64,000 nucleotides of DNA, taken from IMG/VR virus record IMGVR_UViG_3300042445_001604, positions 1 through 64,000 of that record. One strand, given 5' to 3'. How positions within the stretch are numbered: the stretch's first letter is position 1; each line of letters begins with the position of its first letter. The notes beneath the pieces were generated by a model. That model did no database searches and was not told the origin of the DNA. It worked only from the letters and a program-made list of their open reading frames with translations. Positions 28,476 through 39,100 of this stretch are shown here, one piece after another. A program made the translations under genes and the position numbers. This stretch comes from a virus.

Positions 28476-31400
28476 TTAGGTCAACAATCGCAGAAGTCGG
28501 TTGAATTGAGACGAAACTTCCCCTTGGTTGTACACGTCACTTCCTGACATGAAACCTCGGAGTTCCTTCGTTGCAATGTCGGCTTCTTCTTTGCCAATCT
28601 TGTCCTCGACACGAGTGATGAGGTCTTTTGCAAGACTCTTCAACGTGGCGGGGAGGTCGCTAAATCGCACTTTGGTCGCTTGGTTCTCAAACGGAAGTGG
28701 AAGGTTAGCAATCGTCCTACCCAACTCAGTAGTTGTGGCACGAACATTTTCAACCGACTTGGCGTTGAGTGCGCCAGAGTCGAGCCTGTCGATAGTGTTG
28801 ATGAGGTCAGACGCGGACTTGACAGCCCCCGCATAGTTACCAACATTACCGATAAGATTTTCTGCTTCTGCAATCTTGTCAATGACATCTTGGTTACCAG
28901 AAGTACCAAGGTCCTGCCTCAACCGAGCAAGCACGAGACGGAATCGACCCTGAACGTCGCGAGGCTGAGTCTTACCGGGAACATACTTCCCGTCCTCACC
29001 CATTGGAGTGCCCTCTACCTCGACGTTGACTTCACCGCTAGGTGCAACAATCTCTTGTCCTTCGGCGGGAGCCTTTGCTTCGTTCTGAGGAGCCTGAGTT
29101 TGCGGTGCAGGAGCGGGCGTAGGCTGGTCAACTTCAGAAATTGCACGGTCAATAGCCTGTCCTGGAACAGGAACAACCTTCTTCACCAACTTCTCAAGTT
29201 CAGCATCGACGGACGAAGCGAAAGCCTCAAACTCCTCGTTGCTTAGTTCAAGCGGGAGTTGCGAGGTCGCAATCCCGCTAGATGCTTTTTTTGGGTCGGT
29301 CTCCGAAACTGCTCCGAGATTATCAAACTCCGCGAGTTTCTCCCGCATTCGGTCCAAGTCAGCAGACGCAGTCATTGCCTTCTTAATCCATGTCTCAGGA
29401 ATGAGGTCTGGCTTCTTGAGGGAGCGTGCACGCTTGATGATGTGCTTCTTGACCTCACCGCGCTCAGAGTCCTTAGCGCGACCGAATGCCTTGATGGCGT
29501 TCTTCAGGTCACCCTCGTTACGAATCGGGTACGCACCATCAGGAAGGGCTTCACCCTTCTTGGCGAGATTCTTTCGCTGCGCGGGCGAGAACTCAGCAAA
29601 CTGCATGACAGCGTCGAAAGACTCGACGAGTTCGTCAGTGGATTCAACACTGGCAACAATTGCTTCGAGAACACCACTCTTGTTGAGGTCTGCGAATACG
29701 GTCTCGTACACCATGTAGGCGTCCTGACCATCTTGGTACTCGTGACCCTCAGAGTAAGCCTCTTCGTAGTGAGGAGCAATAGCAACCATCAACTGCCACT
29801 GCCATCTCTGGTGGGCTTCAATACGCCCCGCAATAAGGTCGGCAAGACCCTGCTGGTTGCTCGAGTTGGCAACGTCAAAAGCCATCTTCATCTTGTCGAT
29901 GATGATGCCGTTTCCAATGCTGAGGTCGTAGGACATGGTCTGGCACATGGCGTCCTTGAGAGGACGGTTTTCAATGTCAGTGTTGTTGGCAAAGTCTTCG
30001 ATGTCGAACGGAGCAACGTGACCAAGAACCCGAATTCCTTCGGCAATGGGGTCCGCAGACGCGCTAACATCTTCGTAAATCTTTCCAAAGAGACGGTGGT
30101 ACTCAGGGAAGTTTGCACCCTCGACATTCCAGTGGTGTCCCTGAGCGCGGTGTGCAAAAGCGACGACATCTGCAAGCAAGTCCTTGAGGGTGTCAGCAAG
30201 TGCAATGTTTCCGTGCGAGTAAGAGTTGCTTTCGCTTTCCTGAACATATGAATAGTTGAACTCTGCACCCTTGACGCGAGCAGTCAGTTCCGAAATCTTG
30301 TCCGAAAGAGTCAACTTCTCCAACTTAGCGATACGCGAGTTGAGGTCCGCCATTGGGTCAGCCTTCATACGAGCGAGAGTGGCCGCACCCGCCGCTACCA
30401 ATGCGGTAACCTGACCCGACGCAACCATAGCGCGGGCAATGGGGAATCCGGGGACGTTAACTTGGCAGACAGCAACGAGTTCAAGTGAACCACCGATAGG
30501 ACGCCAGTCACCAGACGGTGCCGAAGCACGGAGGGTGCGGATTTGCTCAGGCTGAACTCCGGGGCGAAGTGCTCCAGCAACCCAAATTCCAAATCGGTCC
30601 TCACCAGCGTGAACGTCAGCAACGGCGCTCGCGGTGTCGTCGTAGTGCTTGACTGCGTCAGCAGCACTTGCATAGAGAGAAGCGTGTCCACCAGCAAGCG
30701 TCAACTGTCCCACAGGAATATCTGCACCTTCAGCGGTACGGCAAACACCAGTGTGAAAGTAGCCATACTTGCTCTTGCTACGCGGGGGCTTTACACCGTT
30801 CGAGAGACCGATGTGACTAGTTGACCACGAAGCAATGTGCCCAAAGACACGTCCCTCATCATCAACAGTAAGTGGGGTTGCCTTGCCAAGTTTCGGGTCC
30901 GTGAACCAGTCCTTGGGAGGCGAAACGGGGATAGCACTCGCAACAAGACCGCACGCCATGATGGCTGCAGCATCTTGTGGGTCTACCTCATCGGTGTAAA
31001 TACCGTCTTGCATGATTTGCTCCTCTGGGGCGAATTCGTCCCCGTTGTCTGGCATGTAAATTTTGCACTCTTGGAATGCAGGCTTTGGTACTATTGTAAC
31101 AGCCATTACACGTGCCTTATTTATGTTGATACGGCTCTTCTTGATTTTTTTCTTGCCACTATCTTTAGCAGCGGCTTCTTTGTCTTCATCTTCTTCCGCC
31201 TCGAAGCGGTCCATGTCCGCTGAGACGCCACTGATGAATCCGTTACGGACGAGGCGTTCTGCTTCGCGCCCATATGCTCCAGTGTCGAACACACCGAAGG
31301 CATTTCCAATACCGCCCTCTACGCGTTCCATGTGGTCAATACGACCGACAACTACTGAGCCGTCGTGACCGTCACCAGTCTTGTACTGCCACAAAAGCGG

Positions 31401-34400
31401 AAGTGGGAGTTCGCGAAGTTCAATAGCACCCTTCGTGAACATACGTCCGTCTCCAGACTCCATTCCCTCAGGGATTACGAGAGGAATGTAGAAGCGTGCG
31501 CCCCCACTCATTTGACCGCCAGCAACAAGCGTGCTTGCCTCACCCTTTGACGACTTAGGGTGGCTTGCAGGAAGCAGGTCGTTGTCAGTCGTGTACTTCT
31601 TGTTCTTGGGCGAACCAGACTTGAGAAGGTGCAGGTAGGCGTTGACACGGGCCATTGCCCACGAGTTGCGGTTCTGGTCGGGGCGGTGGCTGGTCGAGAA
31701 TGCTCCAGCACCACGGCGATAAACTGCCTTAAGAGTGGTGATGCTGGTCTTACGTCCAGTGTCAGCCTTCTTGTTGTGCTCCGTGACCTTCTTGCTGAGC
31801 GACTTCTCGATGGCGTCGGTGAAAGTTACACCCTTACCAGTGCCAGCAGAGCCCTTTTTGTTCTTGTCGGAACCCTTGATGCGGTCCTTCTTGGGGGCTG
31901 GCTTTGAGCCTGCAGTAGCAGTAACTCCCATGCTCTTATAGACCTTGGCCTTGATGGTCATTTCCCCACCTATGCGACGCGCAACTGAGCGGTGGTGTCC
32001 ATCGATAATCTCAGGCTCTCCGTCTTCGTCAATCCAAACCTTGATTGGCTTGTCTGAGTTGAGAACTTCTTCTACTCGCCTCATGTTAACCGTGCTCTGA
32101 GTAGGAACAAGGTCAGACAACGCAATCTCGTCTTCGTAGTCTTCCTCGGCCTCGTCGGCGTAGTCTTTGACACTTTCTGGGAGGTCATAAGCAGGCTTAG
32201 CAAAGAACTCATCGACACCGACATTTACGTCATCGCCAACCTGATAAGTTGCACCTGCTGTAATAGGTCCACCAACAGCCCATGCGTTGCAGGTACGTGA
32301 GGCGGCGCACTTGAAGTCGAGTGCTTCGCAATAGCCGAGTTCTGCCTGAGAGATTGCAGCGTCTGCATCAATCTCCTGAGACCCGCCCTGCTCAATACCC
32401 GTGGAGATGCAGTCCAGCATTTGCGGAGTGCGAATAAAGAAGACGCAGTTACCGCAGACGCTCTTTTTTGCTTCTTCCGAAGAAGTCTTCCACTTGTCTG
32501 CTTTTTCCTGCCAGAAGTCATCATTCGGCTCCATCGGGTTGAGGGGGCCGTAACCGACGTTATCAATAGCGTTCTGACGGTTCTTGAGGTTGAGTTCAAT
32601 GTTCTGCGTGGCAGGAGGACATGTTTCCCCGTCGACTGCTGCAGTCAAAGGCATGTCCTCGAGGAGGAGGTCGGTCTCAGGGCTGTACCCAAGGTCAGTG
32701 TTGGTCCGACCAGCAATAAAGTTCACCTTGTCGATGGCATCCTGACGACGAGCGCTGAGAACCATCAGAGTGTTGATTTCATCCGAATCACGGAGAACAT
32801 CAGCACTGAACATACGACCGTCGACCTCTTGGTACGAAAGTTCGCGGTTACGCTTGTCTCCGGGCCACATGCCGTTCATTTCCTTGTGACGGAGAGCACA
32901 GTAACCCTTTGAGCGAGCACCGAGATATTTCTTGAGGTTGCGGACACAGCGAGTCCAGTCACCAGGAGTTCCCCAGCGAATCTTAAGACCACCCTTGCCG
33001 ACAGTCCAGTACTTGCGAAGTTCTTCAGCATTGCCCTTGTTACGGTCAAGACCGCCCGCTGCTACCAGAGCCGAGAAGTCATACTTCTCACCAAGAAGAA
33101 CTGCAACAGCAAAGTCGAGGCTGTAACCAGATGCGGTAACAGGTACTTCTTCCTTTGCACTCTCGCCAGTCTCCTGCGACATGTCAACCTGCTTGAGAAC
33201 GTCGTTGAGGACGGTCTCGTCAAGCGGAACAACGGGGGGAGGTGTAGCCGAGTTGAGGTCAGAAAGAGTCTGCACATCCTTAACCCACGCTCCCTGCTGA
33301 CGAGTCCACACCATTGGAGCAGTCGACTTCGAATTCTCAGGAATAAGAACCGACAACTGCATAACAGCACGGGGGTCATCAGGAGAGACAATAGCCATAT
33401 AGATAGGCTGAACATCCGTGGTTTCGGGAGTGAGTTCTACGGCTTGGTCACCAGCAGAAGTAATCGGGTTGTACCAGATTGAACCATTTCCGCCAGAAGC
33501 CCTGTCCTGCTTCTTCAGCCAGTTCTTAAGAAGTGGGTGCTTATAGGCGTCAACAGAAAGTTTCTGTCCAGCAGCCTTCTCCAACTTCCGACCAGCAGGG
33601 CCGACGTCAGTAGAACTTGACGGAGTACGAGAATCTACTGGAGCAGTTGGAGCATAGTCCCTGAACTGTGCACGCTGAGAAGAAACCCACGAAGGCCAAT
33701 CAGCGAGCATGTTATGCAAGTCAGCAGGAGTAAGTGCAGGAAGAGTCCCTGGCAGTTGAGCAATCGGTCGCCCCATCGGGGTACGAGGCTCGCCAACAAT
33801 TCCAGAAAGGTCAAGCGGGTTGTACGTGTCGGGAAGAGGAGTGGGAGTAGTTGGGTAGACGTCCTGTCGTGGTTCGCGCACCTGTTGTCCAGCAACTCGA
33901 ACAGTGCTTCCGTCGTCAAGTTTGACATTGACAGTTCCAGTGGCACGGTCTGTGCTGGTGATGTTTCCCTGCTTGGAGTTATCTCCGCCCACGGCAACGC
34001 GGTCACCAGTCTTTGCAAACTGCCCCGAAGCGTTACGAACCTGACTTTGAGCAGCCTTGGCGCGTTCTTCGGGAGTGTACTCGGCATTAGCCTTAGTGGT
34101 GTCACCAGCAGCAGTCATCGCAAGGTTGACAATGTTCCAGTCAATCTCGGGAAGAGCGTCCATCGCCATACGGGCTTCTTCTTCGCCATCGTCAAGGTCT
34201 TCGACGGAAACAGTGCGGAACGGGTCCTCTTGGAAAAGAGCAGCAATGGTGATTGCAGATTCTGGGTCAATTGTGACGTGAGTCTTCTCGACATAGTCGT
34301 CTGCCCCGTCAAGGTCAGTGTCACGAGCCCAAATATCTGCGTGCATGCTACCGAGGTCATCCCACGAGCCGTTGTCCCACACGTAGACGTTTCCGTCATC

Positions 34401-35126
34401 GTCAATCTTGTAGAGACGGTCGATTCCCGAGCCGTCAAGACGGACACGAGCAATAAAGTCAGGGGCGTACACATCGTCACGACCGAAGTCGTTGATGTCG
34501 CCAACATACTGGTCGTTGTACGCCTGTGCGTCAGGGACAGCCTCGTATGTGGGAAGTGTGTAGCCGTCAGCAGTAATCGCCTTCTTATTTTCAGACTCGA
34601 CAATTGCGGACGCCCAACGCTGACCAGCGTCGCCACCCCACAGAGCCCATGCGATACGTCCGTTCGAGGGGAAGCCGTCTTCCTTCGGGCTCCAGCCCTT
34701 ACCCTTCTTGTCAACTTCGTGACGAGGGAAATACTTAGCAATGTGACGAACCTTCTCGAGGCCAATCTGTCCACCCTTAGCAAGAGTGCGAGCAGAGTTG
34801 AGGCCAACAGGCGTCCCACCACGGTTATTCTTCTTGCGCCATTCAAGAGCCTTCTTGGCTTCAGACTGGACGCCAGACGGGATAGTGTACTTGCGACCTG
34901 ATGACGCTATAACACCAATATCCAACATAGAGAGAGACGCTTCAGCAAGTTCTACCGCCGAATCGGGAACTGGAATGTCGTGCTCAGAAATGCTCCAAGA
35001 TTGTTCTGAAGACAACACATCAGTGCGCCCAGTCTTGAGGACCATGTTCAGAGCAGGGTCAATGATGGCACCATTGCGCTCATCAGCGAAGAAAAGAAGG
35101 CTTCCGTTGCTTCCTACGTATTCCAC
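28476..35126 (-). CDS. giant multidomain capsid maturation protease (includes Dps/ferritin-like, ParB-like and Cys-rich HiPIP-like modules)
   Basis: Directly upstream of the major capsid gene; protease-like GDGR.F, LPLPLLWQ..GHDGS.VVGRI, GVSAD and a second unit GRVFGHIA...SGDWR; Dps HHWNVEG..F..YH.LF...DPIAE; ParB-like PTQ...IIDGHHR. Confidence 0.85.
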   Translation of the reverse strand: MEYVGSNGSLLFFADERNGAIIDPALNMVLKTGRTDVLSSEQSWSISEHDIPVPDSAVELAEASLSMLDIGVIASSGRKYTIPSGVQSEAKKALEWRKKNNRGGTPVGLNSARTLAKGGQIGLEKVRHIAKYFPRHEVDKKGKGWSPKEDGFPSNGRIAWALWGGDAGQRWASAIVESENKKAITADGYTLPTYEAVPDAQAYNDQYVGDINDFGRDDVYAPDFIARVRLDGSGIDRLYKIDDDGNVYVWDNGSWDDLGSMHADIWARDTDLDGADDYVEKTHVTIDPESAITIAALFQEDPFRTVSVEDLDDGEEEARMAMDALPEIDWNIVNLAMTAAGDTTKANAEYTPEERAKAAQSQVRNASGQFAKTGDRVAVGGDNSKQGNITSTDRATGTVNVKLDDGSTVRVAGQQVREPRQDVYPTTPTPLPDTYNPLDLSGIVGEPRTPMGRPIAQLPGTLPALTPADLHNMLADWPSWVSSQRAQFRDYAPTAPVDSRTPSSSTDVGPAGRKLEKAAGQKLSVDAYKHPLLKNWLKKQDRASGGNGSIWYNPITSAGDQAVELTPETTDVQPIYMAIVSPDDPRAVMQLSVLIPENSKSTAPMVWTRQQGAWVKDVQTLSDLNSATPPPVVPLDETVLNDVLKQVDMSQETGESAKEEVPVTASGYSLDFAVAVLLGEKYDFSALVAAGGLDRNKGNAEELRKYWTVGKGGLKIRWGTPGDWTRCVRNLKKYLGARSKGYCALRHKEMNGMWPGDKRNRELSYQEVDGRMFSADVLRDSDEINTLMVLSARRQDAIDKVNFIAGRTNTDLGYSPETDLLLEDMPLTAAVDGETCPPATQNIELNLKNRQNAIDNVGYGPLNPMEPNDDFWQEKADKWKTSSEEAKKSVCGNCVFFIRTPQMLDCISTGIEQGGSQEIDADAAISQAELGYCEALDFKCAASRTCNAWAVGGPITAGATYQVGDDVNVGVDEFFAKPAYDLPESVKDYADEAEEDYEDEIALSDLVPTQSTVNMRRVEEVLNSDKPIKVWIDEDGEPEIIDGHHRSVARRIGGEMTIKAKVYKSMGVTATAGSKPAPKKDRIKGSDKNKKGSAGTGKGVTFTDAIEKSLSKKVTEHNKKADTGRKTSITTLKAVYRRGAGAFSTSHRPDQNRNSWAMARVNAYLHLLKSGSPKNKKYTTDNDLLPASHPKSSKGEASTLVAGGQMSGGARFYIPLVIPEGMESGDGRMFTKGAIELRELPLPLLWQYKTGDGHDGSVVVGRIDHMERVEGGIGNAFGVFDTGAYGREAERLVRNGFISGVSADMDRFEAEEDEDKEAAAKDSGKKKIKKSRININKARVMAVTIVPKPAFQECKIYMPDNGDEFAPEEQIMQDGIYTDEVDPQDAAAIMACGLVASAIPVSPPKDWFTDPKLGKATPLTVDDEGRVFGHIASWSTSHIGLSNGVKPPRSKSKYGYFHTGVCRTAEGADIPVGQLTLAGGHASLYASAADAVKHYDDTASAVADVHAGEDRFGIWVAGALRPGVQPEQIRTLRASAPSGDWRPIGGSLELVAVCQVNVPGFPIARAMVASGQVTALVAAGAATLARMKADPMADLNSRIAKLEKLTLSDKISELTARVKGAEFNYSYVQESESNSYSHGNIALADTLKDLLADVVAFAHRAQGHHWNVEGANFPEYHRLFGKIYEDVSASADPIAEGIRVLGHVAPFDIEDFANNTDIENRPLKDAMCQTMSYDLSIGNGIIIDKMKMAFDVANSSNQQGLADLIAGRIEAHQRWQWQLMVAIAPHYEEAYSEGHEYQDGQDAYMVYETVFADLNKSGVLEAIVASVESTDELVESFDAVMQFAEFSPAQRKNLAKKGEALPDGAYPIRNEGDLKNAIKAFGRAKDSERGEVKKHIIKRARSLKKPDLIPETWIKKAMTASADLDRMREKLAEFDNLGAVSETDPKKASSGIATSQLPLELSNEEFEAFASSVDAELEKLVKKVVPVPGQAIDRAISEVDQPTPAPAPQTQAPQNEAKAPAEGQEIVAPSGEVNVEVEGTPMGEDGKYVPGKTQPRDVQGRFRLVLARLRQDLGTSGNQDVIDKIAEAENLIGNVGNYAGAVKSASDLINTIDRLDSGALNAKSVENVRATTTELGRTIANLPLPFENQATKVRFSDLPATLKSLAKDLITRVEDKIGKEEADIATKELRGFMSGSDVYNQGEVSSQFNRLLRLLT

Positions 35127-35132
35127 GATGAC

Positions 35133-35768
35133 CTACTCTACGGGGGTTACGTAGTCGGAAATTTCCTCAGCCGTGAGGTTCTTCTGGTCAAACATGTTGA
35201 CCAGTTCCTCTGCGGTTTCAGGGTTCACCATGTGTGGTGTAGTCAAGTCAAAAGAGGAGTCACCTGGAGAAATAGCAAGCCAAACACCACCGACGCGCTT
35301 GTAGTTGCCAAACTCATTCATATACATGAGTCCGACGACATTGTCGTCATCATTCGTGAGGGCGTAGAACTGCTCTCCGCCGTCTTTGAAATAGTTAGCC
35401 ATTGACTGTTCTCTTTCTTCCTTGGTGAGGTGGTTCTCTGGACTAATCAGAGCCTTGACGGCCTGAACAGGCAACGAGATACCGTATTGTGATAAAGCAA
35501 TCCCATCTTCTTCGAAGACAGGACGAATAGTGTAGTCACCCTCAGAAGTTGAGAATGACATCTTTTCTATGATACTACGCTCTGCGAAAGTAGGACTCTC
35601 GAATACGAGGTCTTCTCCGTCAGGAATAGCGACAGCAATGTCAGAAGTACCCGACGGAACATATGCGTAAAGAATCGGAGTTGCTTTTCCGTCGTCAGAC
35701 TTACCAAGCATTCCGATGCTTGGATAGACGAGGCGTCCTTCAGGGCGCTGAGCCACCGTGTTCTCCAT
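35133..35768 (-). CDS. hypothetical protein (head region)
   Basis: 211 aa ORF in operon context. Confidence 0.7.
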   Translation of the reverse strand: MENTVAQRPEGRLVYPSIGMLGKSDDGKATPILYAYVPSGTSDIAVAIPDGEDLVFESPTFAERSIIEKMSFSTSEGDYTIRPVFEEDGIALSQYGISLPVQAVKALISPENHLTKEEREQSMANYFKDGGEQFYALTNDDDNVVGLMYMNEFGNYKRVGGVWLAISPGDSSFDLTTPHMVNPETAEELVNMFDQKNLTAEEISDYVTPVE

Positions 35769-35790
35769 TCGCTACAAGTACTCTTTTATT

Positions 35791-36165
35791 CTACCGTACT
35801 ATTTCATCGCCGTCATCGACCAAATCGGGTTCTTCCCCAAGTCCCATCTGCTCAAGAGTGGGAACTTCTCCGTTGTAGACAACGTCAGAGTCCTCGAACA
35901 AAACTGAGATAGCCCACACCAAGGTGTAGATATCTTGAGTTGTTGCGGGAAGGAAGGGACCTTCAGGGGCCGCACTGATAGTAGTTCGGTCAGGAGCAGC
36001 GTAGTAGATGAACTTATCGAGCGCATCAATAGTATCCTGAACTGTCTCGCCCTCCTTGGGGATAAGCGATTCGGCTTTGGGGTCCCATGTAAAAGTATTA
36101 CCGTCGACAGTAATATCTACTGGCTCGGTATATTCTTTTTCTAGGTCTTCGTTTTCAATGTCCAT
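35791..36165 (-). CDS. acidic hypothetical protein
   Basis: 124 aa ORF directly downstream of the 2249 aa gene. Confidence 0.7.
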   Translation of the reverse strand: MDIENEDLEKEYTEPVDITVDGNTFTWDPKAESLIPKEGETVQDTIDALDKFIYYAAPDRTTISAAPEGPFLPATTQDIYTLVWAISVLFEDSDVVYNGEVPTLEQMGLGEEPDLVDDGDEIVR

Positions 36166-36189
36166 GATTATAGGTTACACTCCATCTGC

Positions 36190-39100
36190 TTATCCGATTA
36201 CGTCTGCACTGGGAATCTCAGTGGTCATGGACGAGTCCGTGTACCACTTGCCAGTTGCCATGTCAAAGAACAGGTCCTCTGCCATGTACTTCTTGTTCTC
36301 TGACTTTGAACCAAGACCTTGAGTCGGGCTCCAATCAGAGAGAAGAAGGAGAAGTCCCATACCGAAGTGCTTGACCTGCTCGTCGAACTGCTCTACGGGA
36401 CGACCATAGGTTTTAGCGTTCTTGATTTCGTCAGTCATTTCCTTATCGGTGTACCACTTACCAGTTGACTCATTTTGGAAAAGCGCCGAGGAATTAGCAG
36501 CAAAGGCTCTTCCGTTATACTTGCTGGCGTACACAACCATTCCGTCTCCAACAGATGATTGCCCATTGTGTCCAAAGATATCCTGCATAACCATCGTGGC
36601 AACTTCGGAGTACTTGTTGTTTGGCGAGAAGAAGTTCTCTGCGTCAGAAAACAGACCTCTTTCGCCGTACTGCTTGAGCAGGTAGTTAGACACAAAACCG
36701 TTTACTGTGTTAAATCCTTTTTCCTTACCGACACGGGTGCTACCAGTCGCACTTGCAAGTTGAGGCAAAACATCGCTTCCGTCCTTGTCCGTTGAGACAA
36801 GGCGGTCGTAGAGCCAAGCGTGCTCAAGTTGCGCCACGTTGGGGCTAACTTCTTGGATGACATGCCACAACTCGTGAAGGAATACGTCAGTGTACGGATT
36901 TTCGTAGGCACTCTGGAACTGTATGCCTCCCTGTGAGCGACCGTGCTCTCTAGAGACGGCAATCTTGTAGTGTCCAGAGTACTTTCTCATGTTCCCTCGG
37001 CCCTTAGTCGGAGCGACCACTAGTTGCATCTTATTGTTCTGCATAATCTCTGCCAACTGAAGAAGAATTGCTCGAGGAACTCGGTTAAAGGCTTCCTGGA
37101 TTGCTTTGCCCATTTCGCCTCTCTCAGTAATAGAAGACCCACCGTATGAAGAGCGAATTCCAAGAGCAGACATTGACACATTGTCAAACTCGACTCCGAG
37201 TTCTTTCAGAGTGTCAACTGTTGCCTTGTCGTGGGCAATTTTACTGTCTTTGAAGAACTTCTTAAGTACCTCGCGGTGCGCTTCGAGTTGCTCTTTGGCT
37301 TTCTTCTTAGTGCGAAGCATTTCTTCTACTTTTTGTTTAATCTCGGGACTATTCGCCATTGCGTAGATAAGAGCAGCGCCGTCTCTCGACCAAGGACTCA
37401 AGAGGTCACCAAAGTCTGGTGCATCTGATGTCAGCGTCTCTCCAAGCCCACGAATTTTTTTGTAGTCTACGTTGAAATTTTCATCGACGTATCCATCGCC
37501 AGCCATCTTCTTGATAATCAGTTGAATGTCTTCTTCGGTATAACCAAAGTTAGTGGCGTTTCCTAAACTAAAACTAGATATCTCTTTGAGTCGGTCAGCC
37601 TCTTTCGTGATAGCGGCCTCTGCTTTTGAAACATCTTCGTAGGTTTCGATTCCTTGATAGCCACGCTGACGCAGTTCATCGACAACACGTTGCTGTGCAA
37701 GTCCCCATGCCTCGGAGCCAAACTCCATCATCTGGTCCTTGAGAGCACTAGCCTCTTCGGTAGGCTTCGTACCTTTGTAGGTCCTATTTGTACCAATCTT
37801 GACATCCGCAGGGTTACTGTTTGCAGGGAGTCTCTTTCTATCATCCTGCTTGAGGCCATATGAGCCTAAGTTCATAGTGGATGCTGTTTGAGCCACTCTG
37901 CCCGCCAGTGAGTTATCACCAGCGGATTTGGTAGTCTCTTCAGTTCCGTCAGTCTGCGAAGCAACAATAGCCGCTGCGTCGGCAAGTCCGCCCAGTACCT
38001 GAGCGGCGTCGGGGTTTCCGTTGCGCTCTTCCTCTTCCGCGACAACACGAGCAAGTTCAGCCGCTTGGTCAATAGGCTTTGCAGGGGTGCGGTCAGGCGA
38101 GTTACGGAGTTCCTGAATAATGTCAGCAACTTCCTCCCTCGAGTAGACACCTGACATGTCCTTGCCATCCATGACACCGAGGTAATAGTTCATCAAACCT
38201 GAGTTGCCACTTACGCTGGCATCCTTGGTTGCGAGAAGTTCAAGAATCTCGTTCAACTGTGCAGGCGTTGCACTATTTTCAGGGTACTCAGGGTAAATCA
38301 AAACTGGAATTGTCTCGTTCGGTGTGGATACCGTGTACGCAGCATTCTCAACCGTATATGTTCCATCGGTCTGGCGAACAGCAACCGTGTTCTGGACAAG
38401 CAACCCATCAGAACTAACTTGGACAGGTGCAATAACAGGGGCGACTGTCAACGTCAAATCTTCAGTGAACAGCGAAATAAAATCGCCAGGAACTACTTCA
38501 GAAGGTCGCTTTTGTACTGTCTCTCCCGCTACGCCAAGAGGCTTCTCAGGAATAACAGTTCCGTCAGGAAGAACAAGGTCAGAGTTCTCGTCTCGCTGGG
38601 CGGTCTGACGCTCAGGCTTGACTGCAGGCGCGAGGGGTGGAAGAGGTTGAGGAAGCAACTCTTGGGCATCGATACCATCAGCATCTGTGCCGTATCCAGC
38701 GCGGGGGTCAGTGTACCCATCCTTATACTTCACTCGCTCGGAGCCATCAGTACCAGTAGCGGTCTCAATCAAACGGTTGTTACGAGTAGTGGTGATTTGG
38801 AATCGTCCATCCTCCCACTGAACCATGATGTAGTCCGTGTAGCGGTAACCACCATTAGCGTCGACATATCCAAGACGCTTGACAACCTTACCGCGACGCC
38901 TAATGTCGACCTTGAAACTAGGAACATAATCAACGGTATCGCCAACCTCCAGCGGAGTCCGCTGGTCAAACGAGATGCCCTCGCCATGAGAGTCAAGAGC
39001 CTGCTGATTTGAAATTTGAGCGTCATAGGCCGACGCAACTGCGTATAGGTAGTCAATGTCAATTCCAAGGTTTAAATCCTTGAACATTGCACCCTCGTTT

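Noticed and set aside
29259-34901. Long plus-strand ORFs (29259-30251, 33714-34901)
   Set aside because: Antisense shadows of the 2216 aa gene, with no motifs or RBS.
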